From NCBI GenBank assembly GCA_937625935.1, contig OW569373.1, positions 372,001 to 436,000 of the forward strand: DNA of 64,000 nucleotides. Direction: 5' to 3'. This document shows positions 21,880 through 34,738 of the stretch, in pieces. The first letter of the stretch is position 1, and every line of letters begins with the position of its first letter. The translations under genes were made by a program, and so were the position numbers. This DNA comes from Tetramitus jugosus (Eukaryota; Protista; Heterolobosea). Below the pieces are notes generated by a model, which saw only the letters and a list, made by a program, of their open reading frames with translations, was not told where the DNA came from and did no database searches.

Positions 21880-21916
21880 TCTGGCGCCAGTAAATGTTTT
21901 AAGTTTTTTTATTGCT

Positions 21917-24900
21917 TCAATGGTCTTTGATGATGGCACTTTCAGGCTGAGGGCTTGCAACATTGGTTGGACTAGGTGATTTGATAAACTCCTCGAATAC
22001 CTTCTTGAGGGCATCGACGTTGATTGGCTTTGAAATATAGCCATCCATTCCATTTTCGAGACACTTTTCTCTGTAGCCTTGAATGGCGTGAGCTGTCAAT
22101 GCAATGATTGGCGTGTGTCTGTTCATTGGTTTCTCCAACTCTCTAATCTGGGATGTGGCTTCGAAACCACCCATTTCAGGCATTTGAACGTCCATGAGAA
22201 TGAGATCATATTGTTGTTGTCTTGCTGCGGCAACAGCCTCGACACCATTCTGAGCCAATGTCACTCGATAACCAAACTTTGTTTCCAACAGTTTGATGGC
22301 AACCTTTTGATTAATGACGTTGTCTTCAGCAAGCAAAACTTGAACATTGTGTCTTCTTTCAATGAACATATTCGAGTCATGCTCAGACTTCTTTTGTTCC
22401 TGAGGACGGTTATGATTGAATACCTTGAACAGTGCATCCATCAATTCAGATCTACTAATTGGCTTATTCATGAAGTGAGAGATGGATAAATGAGAGTATA
22501 CCTCTACGATGGCTCTGTGAGTTGTCGTGGACAGCATCATGATGATACTTGGCTTCTTGACCGTGTGAGGCAACTTTTTAATTCTCTGAGCCACAGTAAA
22601 ACCGTCAATGTTTGGCATTTGAGCATCCAAGAGCACACAGTCATATGGCTTCTTGTTCTCAATTTGTCTCTCAATCATTGTGACAGCTGCATCACCATCG
22701 TTGACAACATCGGACTGAATCTTCCAATATGTCAATAGTTGTTTCAAGACGTGGCAGCAAGTTGGATTGTCATCCACAATGAGTACTCTTCTGTTGGACA
22801 TGCTGCTCACATCTGGACTATTTTGATTCTTGTCCAGTCCAAACACGGCTGTGAAATAGAAGACGCTTCCCTTGCCTTGTGTGCTTCTTGCCTGCAACTT
22901 ACCCTTCATCAATTCAACGAGTCGAGTAGAGATTGTCAGACCCAAACCTATTATTATTGTAATGAACAGAGATGTTAGAATCATGATGAAGGAACAATAC
23001 ATAAAAAACAGTTATAAGCTTACCTGTACCACCAAACTTTCTCGTAATACTGCCATCGGCTTGTGAGAAGGCTTCGAAAATGACCAAAAGTTTGTCCTCT
23101 GGAATACCAATACCAGTATCGGATACTTCAAAGTACAATTGAACGGATTCAGAGGTAATGGATTCTGTTCTGACCTTGAGAACCACTTCTCCCTGGAATG
23201 TAAACTTGACAGCGTTGCCAATCAAATTGGTAATGACCTGACGCAGACGGATTGGATCACCAATCAGCTTGTCTGGAATGGTTGGATCAATATCGGCAAT
23301 CAGTTCAATATCCTTCTCATCGGCACGTAAGGCAAGTGCCTTGAGTGTATCACCCAGTGTGTCTCTCAATGGGAGTTCAATGTGTTCGATTTCGAGTTTT
23401 CCGGCTTCAATCTTGGAGAAATCGAGAATGTCATTGATAATGGTCATCAGAGCTTGAGAAGAGGAGTGAACAGCCTTTAGATAGTCTCTTGTTTCGCTAC
23501 GCATCTCAGTGTCGAGAGCCAATTCTGTCATACCAATAATACCGTTCATAGGAGTTCTAATTTCGTGAGACATGTTGGCCATAAACTCACTCTTTGCTCT
23601 GTTGGCTTCCGTAGCCAGCGTCTTCTTGATCAACATATCTTTCAATGTGTAAATCATTTCGTTAATGATTGTCTTCAGCGTGTCCATCTCACCATAAGCC
23701 TCAACAGCAATGTATCGAGTAAAATCACCCTTGGTGACAGCAGTGGCCACCTCGGCGATAGCTCTCACCTGACCTGTCAAATTTCGAGCCATCGTGTTCA
23801 CATTATCAGTCAAATCTTTCCAAATTCCATCAACACCCTTGACAACAGCTTGACCACCAAGCTTACCCTCAGTTCCTACTTCGCGAGCCACTCTTGTTAC
23901 TTCTGATGCGAATGAGTTCAATTGAATCACCATCGTGTTAATCGTATTCTTCAATTCCAAGATTTCTCCTTGTACGTTGGCAGTAATCTTCTTGGATAAA
24001 TCACCCTTGGCAACAGCAGTCGTCACCTGTGCAATTTCTCTCACTTGACCGGTCAAATTGGCAGCCATCGTGTTGACATTATCAGTAAGATCTTTCCAGG
24101 TTCCATCAACGCCGGGCACTAAGGCTTGGCCACCCAATTTTCCTTGGGTACCGACTTCGAGAGCCACTCTTGTTACTTCTGAAGCAAAGGAGTTCAATTG
24201 GTCAACCATAGTATTGATGGTGTTCTTCAACTCCAAGATTTCACCCTTAACATCTGCTGTCATAGTCTTGGATAAATCACCTCGAGCTACAGCGGTCGTC
24301 ACTTCAGCAATTTCTCTGACCTGACCCGTCAAATTGGCAGCCATAATATTCACATTGTCCGTCAGATCCTTCCATGTACCGTCAACTCCAGGCACTTGCG
24401 CCTGACCACCCAGTTTTCCTTGAGTACCGACTTCGAGAGCCACTCTCGTTACTTCATTGGCGAATGAATTCAACTGATCCACCATCGTGTTAATCGTGTT
24501 CTTCAATTCCAAAATCTCACCCTTCACGTCCGCAGTCATCTTCTTTGATAAATCACCACGAGCAACAGCAGTTGTAACCTCAGCAATGGCACGCACTTGG
24601 CCCGTCAAATTGGCAGCCATAGTGTTCACATTATCCGTCAAATCCTTCCAAGTTCCACCAACACCAGCAACCTGGGCTTGACCACCCAGTTTACCCTCAG
24701 TACCGACTTCTCTGGCCACTCTTGTCACTTCACTCGCAAAGGAGTTCAATTGATCAACCATGATATTGATAGTGTTCTTAAGTTCGAGAATTTCACCCTT
24801 GACATCAGCCGTAATCTTCTTTGACAAGTCACCCTTGGCGACAGCGGTAGTGACTTGAGCAATTTCTCTGACTTGGCCTGTCAAGTTAGCAGCCATAATG

Positions 24901-27900
24901 TTCACATTATCGGTCAAATCCTTCCAGGTACCGTCAACACCAGGCACCAAGGCTTGACCTCCAAGTTTACCTTGAGTACCGACTTCAAGAGCCACTCTCG
25001 TTACTTCTGAGGCAAAGGAATTCAATTGGTCAACCATAGTATTGATGGTGTTCTTCAACTCCAAGATTTCACCCTTAACATCTGCTGTCATAGTCTTGGA
25101 TAAATCACCTCGAGCTACAGCAGTCGTCACTTCAGCAATTTCTCTGACCTGTCCTGTAAGATTGGCAGCCATAATATTCACATTGTCCGTCAGATCTTTC
25201 CAGGTTCCGTCGACTCCAGGCACTTGCGCCTGACCTCCCAGTTTTCCTTGGGTACCCACTTCAAGAGCAACACGAGTTACTTCATTAGCGAAGGAATTAA
25301 GTTGATCAACCATCGTATTAATGGTATTCTTCAGTTCTAGAATTTCACCCTTGACATCTGCAGTCATTTTCTTCGATAAGTCACCACTGGCAACAGCTGT
25401 GGTCACTTCGGCAATGGCTCTGACTTGGCCTGTCAAATTGGCAGCCATCGTGTTTACGTTATCAGTCAAGTCTTTCCAAATTCCATCAACGCCCTTCACA
25501 TGGGCCTGTCCACCTAAGACACCTTCAGTTCCGACTTCCCTGGCAACTCTTGTTACTTCAGAAGCGAAAGAGTTCAACTGATCCACCATCGTATTTATGG
25601 TATTCTTCAACTCCAAGATTTCTCCTTGTACGTTGGCAGTAATCTTCTTGGATAAATCACCCTTGGCAACAGCAGTCGTCACCTGTGCAATTTCTCTCAC
25701 TTGTCCCGTTAAATTAGCAGCCATGATATTGACATTATCAGTCAGATCTTTCCATGTGCCGTCAACGCCAGGCACCAAAGCTTGGCCACCCAGTTTTCCT
25801 TGGGTACCGACTTCGAGAGCCACTCTTGTTACTTCTGAGGCAAAGGAATTCAATTGGTCAACCATCGTATTGATAGTATTCTTCAATTCAAGAATCTCAC
25901 CCTTAACATCTGCTGTCATAGTCTTGGACAAATCACCTCTGGCGACTGCAGTGGTTACCTCAGCAATTTCTCTCACCTGGCCAGTCAAGTTAGCAGCCAT
26001 GATATTGACATTATCAGTCAGATCTTTCCAGGTACCGTCAACACCAGGCACCAAGGCTTGACCTCCAAGCTTACCTTGAGTACCGACTTCAAGTGCAACT
26101 CTGGTTACTTCAGATGCAAAGGAATTCAATTGGTCAACCATAGTGTTGATGGTGTTCTTCAACTCCAAGATTTCACCCTTAACATCTGCTGTCATAGTCT
26201 TGGACAAATCACCTCTGGCGACTGCAGTGGTTACCTCAGCAATTTCTCTCACCTGGCCAGTCAAGTTAGCAGCCATGATATTGACATTATCAGTCAGATC
26301 TTTCCAAGTTCCATCGACTCCAGGCACTTGAGCTTGGCCTCCAAGCTTACCTTGAGTACCGACTTCGAGAGCCACTCTCGTTACTTCGGATGCAAAGGAA
26401 TTCAATTGATCCACCATCGTATTGATAGTGTTCTTTAGTTCTAGGATTTCGCCCTTGGCATCCGCCTTCATCTTCTTGGATAAATCGCCTCGAGCAACAG
26501 CCGTGGTAACTTCGGCAATGGCTCTCACCTGGCCCGTCAGATTGGCAGCCATAGTATTTACATTGTCCGTTAAATCTTTCCAGGTACCGGCCACACCCCG
26601 CACCTCTGCTTGGCCACCGAGTTTACCCTCCGTACCTACTTCTCCGGCCACTCTCGTTACTTCTGAAGCAAATATATTCAATTGATCCACCATGTTATTG
26701 ATCGTGTTCTTGAGTTCTCGAATTTCACCTTTGACATCCACTGAAATCTTCTTGGATAAGTCACCACCAGCCACAGCTGTGGTGACTTCCGCAATGGCAC
26801 GCACTTGACTTGTCAAATTAGCAGCCATAATATTTACATTGTCTGTGAGATCCTTCCAAGTACCAGCTACATCCCGGACTTGTGCTTGACCACCAAGTTT
26901 ACCCTCAGTACCGACTTCACGAGCCACTCTTGTTACTTCAGATGCAAATCTGTTCAATTGATCAACCATAGTATTGATGGTACTCTTTAACTCTAAAATT
27001 TCTCCTTTGGCATCAGCTGTCATCTTCTTTGACAAGTCACCCTTGGCAACAGCTGTAGTAACTTCTGCGATAGCTCGGACCTGGCCAGTCAAATTAGCAG
27101 CCATAGTATTTACGTTGTCAGTAAGATCTTTCCAAGTACCGGCAACACCTGGCACTTGAGCTTGACCACCAAGCTTACCTTCTGTTCCTACTTCACCAGC
27201 AACACGAGTGACTTCAGAAGCGAATGAATTCAATTGATCAACCATAGTGTTGATGGTGTTCTTCAATTCCAAGATTTCACCCTTAACATCCACGGCAATC
27301 TTCTTGGACAAATCACCACGAGCAACAGCAGTCGTCACTTCAGCAATGGCTCTCACCTGACTTGTAAGATTAGCAGCCATAGTGTTGACATTGTCAGTGA
27401 GATCAGCCCAAATACCACCAACACCGTCTACCAGAGCTTGACCTCCGAGCTTACCTTCAGTACCGACTTCTCTGGCCACTCTTGTCACTTCACTCGCAAA
27501 GGAGTTCAATTGATCAACCATGATATTAATGGTGTTCTTCAATTCAAGAATTTCTCCTTTGGCATCTGCTTGCATGGTTCTGGATAAATCTCCTCTGGCA
27601 ACAGCTGTGGTCACTTCAGCGATAGCTCTGACTTGGCCTGTCAAATTGGCAGCCATAATGTTTACATTGTCAGTCAAGTCTTTCCAGGTACCGTCTACAC
27701 CCTTCACATGGGCTTGACCGCCAAGTTTTCCTTCAGTTCCGACTTCCCTGGCAACTCTTGTTACTTCAGAAGCGAAAGAGTTCAACTGATCCACCATCGT
27801 ATTTATGGTATTCTTCAACTCCAAGATTTCTCCTTGGACGTTAGCTGTAATTTTCTTTGACAAGTCACCCTTGGCAACAGCAGTCGTCACTTGAGCAATT

Positions 27901-30900
27901 TCTCTGACTTGACCTGTCAAATTGGCAGCCATAATGTTCACATTGTCTGTCAAATCTTTCCAAGTTCCATCAACACCAGGAACTAAGGCTTGACCTCCAA
28001 GTTTACCTTGGGTACCGACTTCGAGAGCCACTCTTGTTACTTCAGAAGCGAATGAATTCAACTGATCCACCATCGTGTTGATGGTATTCTTAAGTTCGAG
28101 AATCTCGCCCTTGACATCTGCAGTCATTTTCTTCGATAAGTCACCACGAGCAACAGCAGTTGTAACCTCAGCAATGGCACGCACTTGGCCCGTCAAATTG
28201 GCAGCCATAGTGTTCACATTGTCCGTCAGATCTTTCCAGGTACCAGCAACTCCAGGCACTTGAGCTTGACCTCCGAGCTTACCTTCAGTTCCTACTTCTC
28301 TGGCCACTCTCGTGACTTCACTGGCAAAGGAATTCAGCTGATCCACCATCGTATTGATCGTGTTCTTCAATTCAAGAATTTCTCCTTGAACATTTGCAGT
28401 AATCTTCTTGGATAAATCACCCTTGGCGACTGCAGTGGTCACTTGTGCAATTTCTCTCACTTGACCGGTCAAATTGGCAGCCATGATATTGACATTATCA
28501 GTCAGATCTTTCCATGTGCCGTCAACGCCAGGCACCAAAGCTTGGCCACCCAGTTTTCCTTGGGTACCGACTTCGAGAGCCACTCTTGTTACTTCTGAAG
28601 CAAAGGAGTTCAATTGGTCAACCATAGTATTGATGGTGTTCTTCAACTCCAAGATTTCACCCTTCACGTCGGCTGTCATGGTCTTGGACAAGTCACCTCT
28701 GGCAACCGCAGTGGTCACTTCAGCGATTTCTCTGACCTGACCCGTCAAATTGGCAGCCATGACGTTGACGTTGTCCGTGAGATCCTTCCAAGTGCCATCA
28801 ACTCCAGGCACCAAAGCTTGTCCACCCAATTTACCTTGGGTACCGACTTCAAGCGCAACTCTGGTTACTTCAGATGCAAAGGAATTCAACTGATCCACCA
28901 TCGTGTTAATAGTGCTCTTCAGCTCTAGAATCTCACCCTTCACGTCCGCAGTCATCTTCTTTGACAAATCACCACGAGCAACAGCAGTAGTCACCTCTGC
29001 AATGGCTCTGACTTGACCTGTCAAATTAGCAGCCATGGTATTGACGTTATCTGTGAGATCTTTCCAGGTGCCAGCGACTCCAGGAACCCTGGCCTGTCCT
29101 CCCAACTCGCCTTCAGTTCCTACTTCACGAGCCACTCTCGTTACTTCGGATGCGAAGGAATTCAATTGATCCACCATCGTATTAATGGTATTTTTCAATT
29201 CCAAGATTTCTCCCTGTACATCAGCGGTAATCTTTTTGGACAAATCACCCTTAGCGACAGCTGTCGTGACTTGAGCAATTTCTCTCACTTGACCTGTTAA
29301 ATTGTCGGCCATAGTATTGACATTGTCAGTCAAATCTTTCCAGGTACCAGCGACTCCTCTGACTTGAGCTTGACCACCCAACTTTCCTTGGGTACCGACT
29401 TCTAGAGCCACTCTCGTAACTTCAGCTGCAAAAGTACCCAACTGAGCAACCATCGTGTTAATGGTATTCTTTAACTCAAGAATTTCACCCTTAGCGTCGA
29501 CAGCAATCATCATAGATAAGTCACCTCGAGCCACAGCAGTGGTCACAGCAGCAATAGCTCTCACCTGTCCAGTCAGGTTGGCAGCCATGGTGTTCACATT
29601 GTCCGTCAAGTCTTTCCAAGTACCTGCAACATCTCTGACTTGGGCTTGACCACCCAACTTTCCTTCAGTACCGACTTCACGAGCCACTCTTGTTACTTCA
29701 GATGCAAATCTGTTCAATTGATCAACCATAGTATTGATGGTACTCTTCAATTCGAGAATTTCTCCCTTGGCATCAGCTGTCATCTTCTTGGATAAATCAC
29801 CCTTGGCGACAGCAGTAGTAACCTGGGCAATAGCTCTGACCTGACCTGTTAGGTTTGCAGCCATGGTGTTCACATTATCAGTGAGCTCCTTCCAAGTGCC
29901 GGCAACACCTGGCACTTGAGCTTGACCACCCAGTTTTCCTTCTGTTCCTACTTCACCAGCAACACGAGTGACTTCACTGGCAAAGGAATTCAACTGATCA
30001 ACCATAGTGTTGATGGTGTTCTTCAATTCCAAGATTTCACCCTTAACATCCACGGCAATCTTCTTGGACAAATCACCACGAGCAACAGCAGTCGTCACTT
30101 CAGCAATGGCTCTCACCTGACCTGTCAAGTTAGCAGCCATGGTGTTGACATTATCGGTCAGATCCTTCCATGTACCACCAACACCATCAACCAGAGCTTG
30201 ACCTCCGAGCTTACCTTCAGTACCGACTTCTCTGGCCACTCTTGTCACTTCACTCGCAAAGGAGTTCAATTGATCAACCATGATATTAATGGTGTTCTTC
30301 AGTTCAAGAATTTCTCCCTTGACATCTGCTGTAATCTTCTTGGACAGATCGCCCTTAGCAACAGCAGTCGTAACTTGAGCGATTTCTCTGACTTGGCCGG
30401 TCAAATTAGCAGCCATAATGTTTACGTTGTCTGTAAGATCTTTCCAAGTACCGTCGACACCAGGCACTTGGGCTTGACCGCCCAACTTACCCTCGGTACC
30501 GACTTCCAGAGCGACACGACTTACCTCAGAAGCAAAAGAGTTCAATTGGTCAACCATAGTGTTAATAGTGTTCTTGAGTTCTAGAATCTCTCCTTTGACA
30601 TCTGCAGTCATCTTCTTCGATAAGTCACCACTGGCAACAGCTGTGGTCACTTCGGCAATGGCTCTGACTTGGCCTGTCAAATTGGCAGCCATCGTGTTTA
30701 CGTTATCAGTCAAGTCTTTCCAAGTACCGTCGACTCCTGGAACTTGAGCTTGTCCACCAAGCTTTCCTTGGGTGCCTACTTCTCTGGCAACTCTTGTGAC
30801 TTCCGAAGAGAAGGAATTTAGTTGATCAACCATCGTATTAATGGTATTCTTGAGCTCAAGAATTTCTCCTTGGACGTTGGCTGTAATCTTTTTTGACAAG

Positions 30901-32702
30901 TCACCCTTAGCGACAGCCGTAGTGACTTGAGCAATTTCTCTGACCTGACCCGTCAGATTGGCAGCCATGATATTGACATTGTCCGTCAAATCTTTCCATG
31001 TGCCATCCACACCAGGCACTAAAGCCTGACCTCCCAGTTTTCCTTGAGTACCCACTTCAAGAGCCACTCTTGTTACTTCGGAGGCGAAGGAATTCAATTG
31101 GTCAACCATTGTATTAATGGTATTCTTGAGCTCCAAGATCTCACCTTTCACGTCCGCAGTCATTGTCTTTGACAAGTCACCTCGAGCAACAGCAGTCGTC
31201 ACTTCAGCAATAGCACGCACTTGGCCTGTCAAATTGGCAGCCATCGTGTTGACATTGTCCGTCAAATCTTTCCAGGTACCGTCAACATCCTTGACATGAG
31301 CTTGACCACCCAGTTTTCCTTCTGTGCCGACTTCTCTGGCCACTCTCGTGACCTCACTTGCAAAGGAATTCAGTTGATCCACCATCGTATTGATCGTGTT
31401 CTTTAGTTCTAGGATTTCACCCTGCACATTTGCAGTAATCTTCTTTGACAAATCACCCTTGGCAACAGCAGTCGTCACCTGTGCAATTTCTCTCACTTGT
31501 CCCGTTAAATTAGCAGCCATGATATTGACATTGTCTGTTAGGTCCTTCCATGTACCAGCTACTCCCGGAACTTGAGCTTGACCTCCTAGTTTACCATATG
31601 TGCCCACTTCGAGAGCGACACGAGTGACTTCATTTGCAAAGGAATTGAGTTGATCCACCATGATATTAATAGTGTTCTTAAACTCTAATATTTCTCCATT
31701 GGCCTCCGCAGTCATCTTCTTTGAAAGATCACCTTCAGCAACAGCGGTCGTCACTTCTGCGACAGCACGCACTTGTTGCGTCACTGTAGAAACCATTGTG
31801 TTCACATTGATTGTCAAATCCTTCCATGCACCGTCCATTTGTTCGGGACATGCCTGTATTCCGAGTCGTCCCTCCTTGACCACTGCACAAACGACATCAG
31901 TAATCTCAACAATGAACCGATTGAGCTTATCCATCAGTGAACTTACACTATTATTGATTCTCTTGTATTCACCCTTGAGTTCCATATCATCATCATCACT
32001 ACTACACAGTGATGATGATGATGATTCTCCATCACTTTCATCATCTGATTCTCGTTGTTGTTGTTGATTCTTTTGTTGTCTCTGCTTCTTCTTGTTCAAA
32101 TTGAGATTGTGAGACAAATTACCGAGACCTACTTGATCAATCACAGACACAATCTCAGTAATGGGATTCGTAATGGAATCAAGTGCGCTATTGAATGAAT
32201 CGATACAGTGATACCAACAATTATGATGGGTAGTGTTGTCTTCTTCTTCTTCTTCTGATGACGGTGATGATGACGATGGTGATGATGGTGATGATGGTGA
32301 TGATAATGGTGATGTTGACCTCTGCTTTGCTCTCTCATAAAATAATCCTTCGTTGCCAATGCAGTCTCTCACACGATCAAACTCTTGAATCATCTCTGTT
32401 CGGTTCAATACCATGGCATTCATCTCGTAAGCCAACTCTAGGTCAATTCCAGTCAATTGAGTGGTTGAGAAGAGGCATGATGGATCATTACCTGTATTGT
32501 ATCTATGAAGAGCGTCGAGTATGACTTCCTTGTTCATGTCGTCAATGTGTATCGTTTCCGTAGCTATAGTTGATGATGATGATGTTGTTGTTGTATTGCT
32601 GTTCGTGGTGGTTGTTGTTGTTTGGTCAATCGTCGTTGATGTTGTAGTTGTTGTTGTATCATCGCTTGTGGATGTTGTGGTAATGGTCGTTTTTTTGGCC
32701 AT
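21917..32702 (-). CDS. Group III (Nik1/Os-1-type) hybrid histidine kinase, about 3,569 aa: 30 x 92-aa poly-HAMP units, HisKA, HATPase, two receiver domains; intron 22948-23023
   Basis: H-box [20 protein letters not shown]-box [16 protein letters not shown]1 DTGIGI. The G2 box GGTG|GLGL is split by a 76-nt GTAAG...AG intron. Receivers VLIVDDN...LLDAQMP and VLLAEDN...[12 protein letters not shown]. Splicing joins ORF-track entries 22914..32702 and 21917..23002. Confidence 0.95.
23640..31950 (-). repeat. Coding tandem array of 276-bp (92-aa) poly-HAMP units, 30 copies
   Basis: The Trp codons of the first (31826) and last (23822) WKDLT motifs are 8004 bp apart, exactly 29 x 276. Confidence 0.95.
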
Positions 32703-33776
32703 TTTTTTGTAGACTAATTTTTTGGTTGTTTGTTGTTGTAATGGATTAAATGCAGGTTGAGTGAGTCAATTTGTTGTTGGTTGATTTTTCGTGGTTGAGT
32801 GTAATTGTTGATTCAACGTTGTTGGGTTGTAACTCGTAGTAGTTGGTTGCTATTGGTTTTCAAACTCTGAAAGATTCTATTTCAAAGGTTGTATACAGCA
32901 GAGATAAAAAAATGAGTAGCAGGGTATAGCGCTTATTTGAGGCGAAATAGCGAATTTGTCCGGGAGACTCTGAGAATAAACAATTCACGGAAACGTCGAG
33001 GTTGAAAACGTTTTTGGTTAAAGGAGATTTTTGTGCTGTGTTTTTCGAATTTGTTGAGGATTCGACTATTGACTCTAGAGGTTTATAGTTTCAATAGTAA
33101 GGAAGCAACGAAAGAGTGTGATGTGTAATGTACTCGACGGACAGTGACTACTAGCTACTTGTGGGAGACTCTAGTTTTTGGATTTGTTTTTTTCGAAATA
33201 GTCTTCAAACTGCACTCAACCGTCCTACAAGAACAGGGGGAACAAGCAACGAGCACCATAGCAGGTGGTTGAGTGGCCAAATTCTGGGGACATCCAGAGC
33301 TGGTACTCCCTTAGTGACAGCAGGAGAGAATTGACATTGTCCTTATTTTACCAATAGAAACTCTTGTAGACTATTGTTGGGCAACGGGTAAGCGAACGAT
33401 CATTGACCATGAAATATTTTTCACCCAAAATGCCAGGTGAGCCGACAAGAATCCTATCGGAGAAATACGAATATATAATATACCCATATTTGAAGTGGTT
33501 TATTCGCGGTTCACAGCGGAACCTGGTGTCGAGTTGATGATTGGTGCTGTAGATTGGAAGTCTTTGTCACAAAAGATGAGACATGAGAAAGGCACACACA
33601 AATGTGGATAGACTTTTTTCCGTTTTACATGCACGCATTTGAAGGAGGACATAGAGCGGAAGTTTCATTTTCGGTAATGGTTTGAAGGATGTCAAGCGGG
33701 GAATGCCAAAAGTGTTTGGTTAAAATGAAAGCCAGTGCGACTCAGAAACGAAAGAATAACGAACCAACCATATGCA

Positions 33777-34286
33777 ATGTACAGAATACAACAATGCACG
33801 ACTTTTAAAGATCTTCCTGACTCCTTGTTCGAGGAAGTAGACTCTCTGAACAGGAAGAGATTGGAGGAATCTTTGCCCATCAAGCTATCTGCCCTACTTT
33901 CTTGTGAAGCTGAAGTGACAAACGAAGTATTGAAATTGTTTGAAGAACAAACTAGGTTTGATTACTTGTATGCATACGAATACAGCTATGCAGGGCATTA
34001 TGGAGACATGGTCCTCACAGATAAGAAAGGGAACTTCTTGGTCATTGAGTGCAAGTTTTTGAATTTCAGCAGCAAAGGGGAGAGAAACAGAAGGAAGAAG
34101 AGAAAGCTCGAACAGCAAGTTCACGGCTACACTCGATTGTTCCACAACTTTGCAACCAAGCGTTTACCTGATTGGAAGAGTATCACAGGTTTAGGATTCG
34201 TTAATAGTCAGTGCTATACGAATATTGACCTTCATATGGACCTCCCAACAATCAATAGTGATGAGAGTGAACCACCCATCTTTTAG
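33777..34286 (+). CDS. Small PD-(D/E)xK restriction-endonuclease-fold protein (putative)
   Basis: YEY....HYGDMVLTDKKGNFLVIECK followed by EQQVHGY fits the E..D..ExK..QxxxY pattern. First ATG is at 33777 (the ORF track starts at a GTG at 33735). No introns. Confidence 0.55.
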   Translation: MYRIQQCTTFKDLPDSLFEEVDSLNRKRLEESLPIKLSALLSCEAEVTNEVLKLFEEQTRFDYLYAYEYSYAGHYGDMVLTDKKGNFLVIECKFLNFSSKGERNRRKKRKLEQQVHGYTRLFHNFATKRLPDWKSITGLGFVNSQCYTNIDLHMDLPTINSDESEPPIF

Positions 34287-34738
34287 GCTATCACATCGTA
34301 TTCTTGTAAATATCAATGACTCTCTAGGGAAGAACACAATTAATTAATACTTGGGAATGAATAAGAACCAAAACCCAAACCTGGATGAGGAATCAACTCA
34401 ACAATCTCACTTCCACTAACTCCAGCCGTAGTTCTTCTTGCACTATAGCTAAATGTGTACTAGTTGTAGTTGGTCAAAATTGGGAAGTTTTTCAAAGATT
34501 CCAAGTGTAAAGGTAAAGGTGACATACCTCATGAAAAAGTATCAAGCCGTATGGTCAAGTTGGGGACGAGTGGACCGAACTGGATATGACATACACTCCT
34601 GACAATCACACATGCCCTCGGAGCTATCCCGGCCTGTTTTCAAGATTATGTACATTTACATCAGTAAATTACAATTCTTTTGACCTTGTAAATCAATCCT
34701 CACTCAAAAGGAGAAACCAAAACAAAACAATTTATTAT

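Noticed and set aside
22914-23023. Kinase apparently ending without a G2 box, with a separate response-regulator gene
   Set aside because: A 76-nt intron (22948-23023) joins them into one hybrid kinase.
23565-32067. Repetitive plus-strand ORFs opposite the kinase
   Set aside because: Antisense shadows of the HAMP array.
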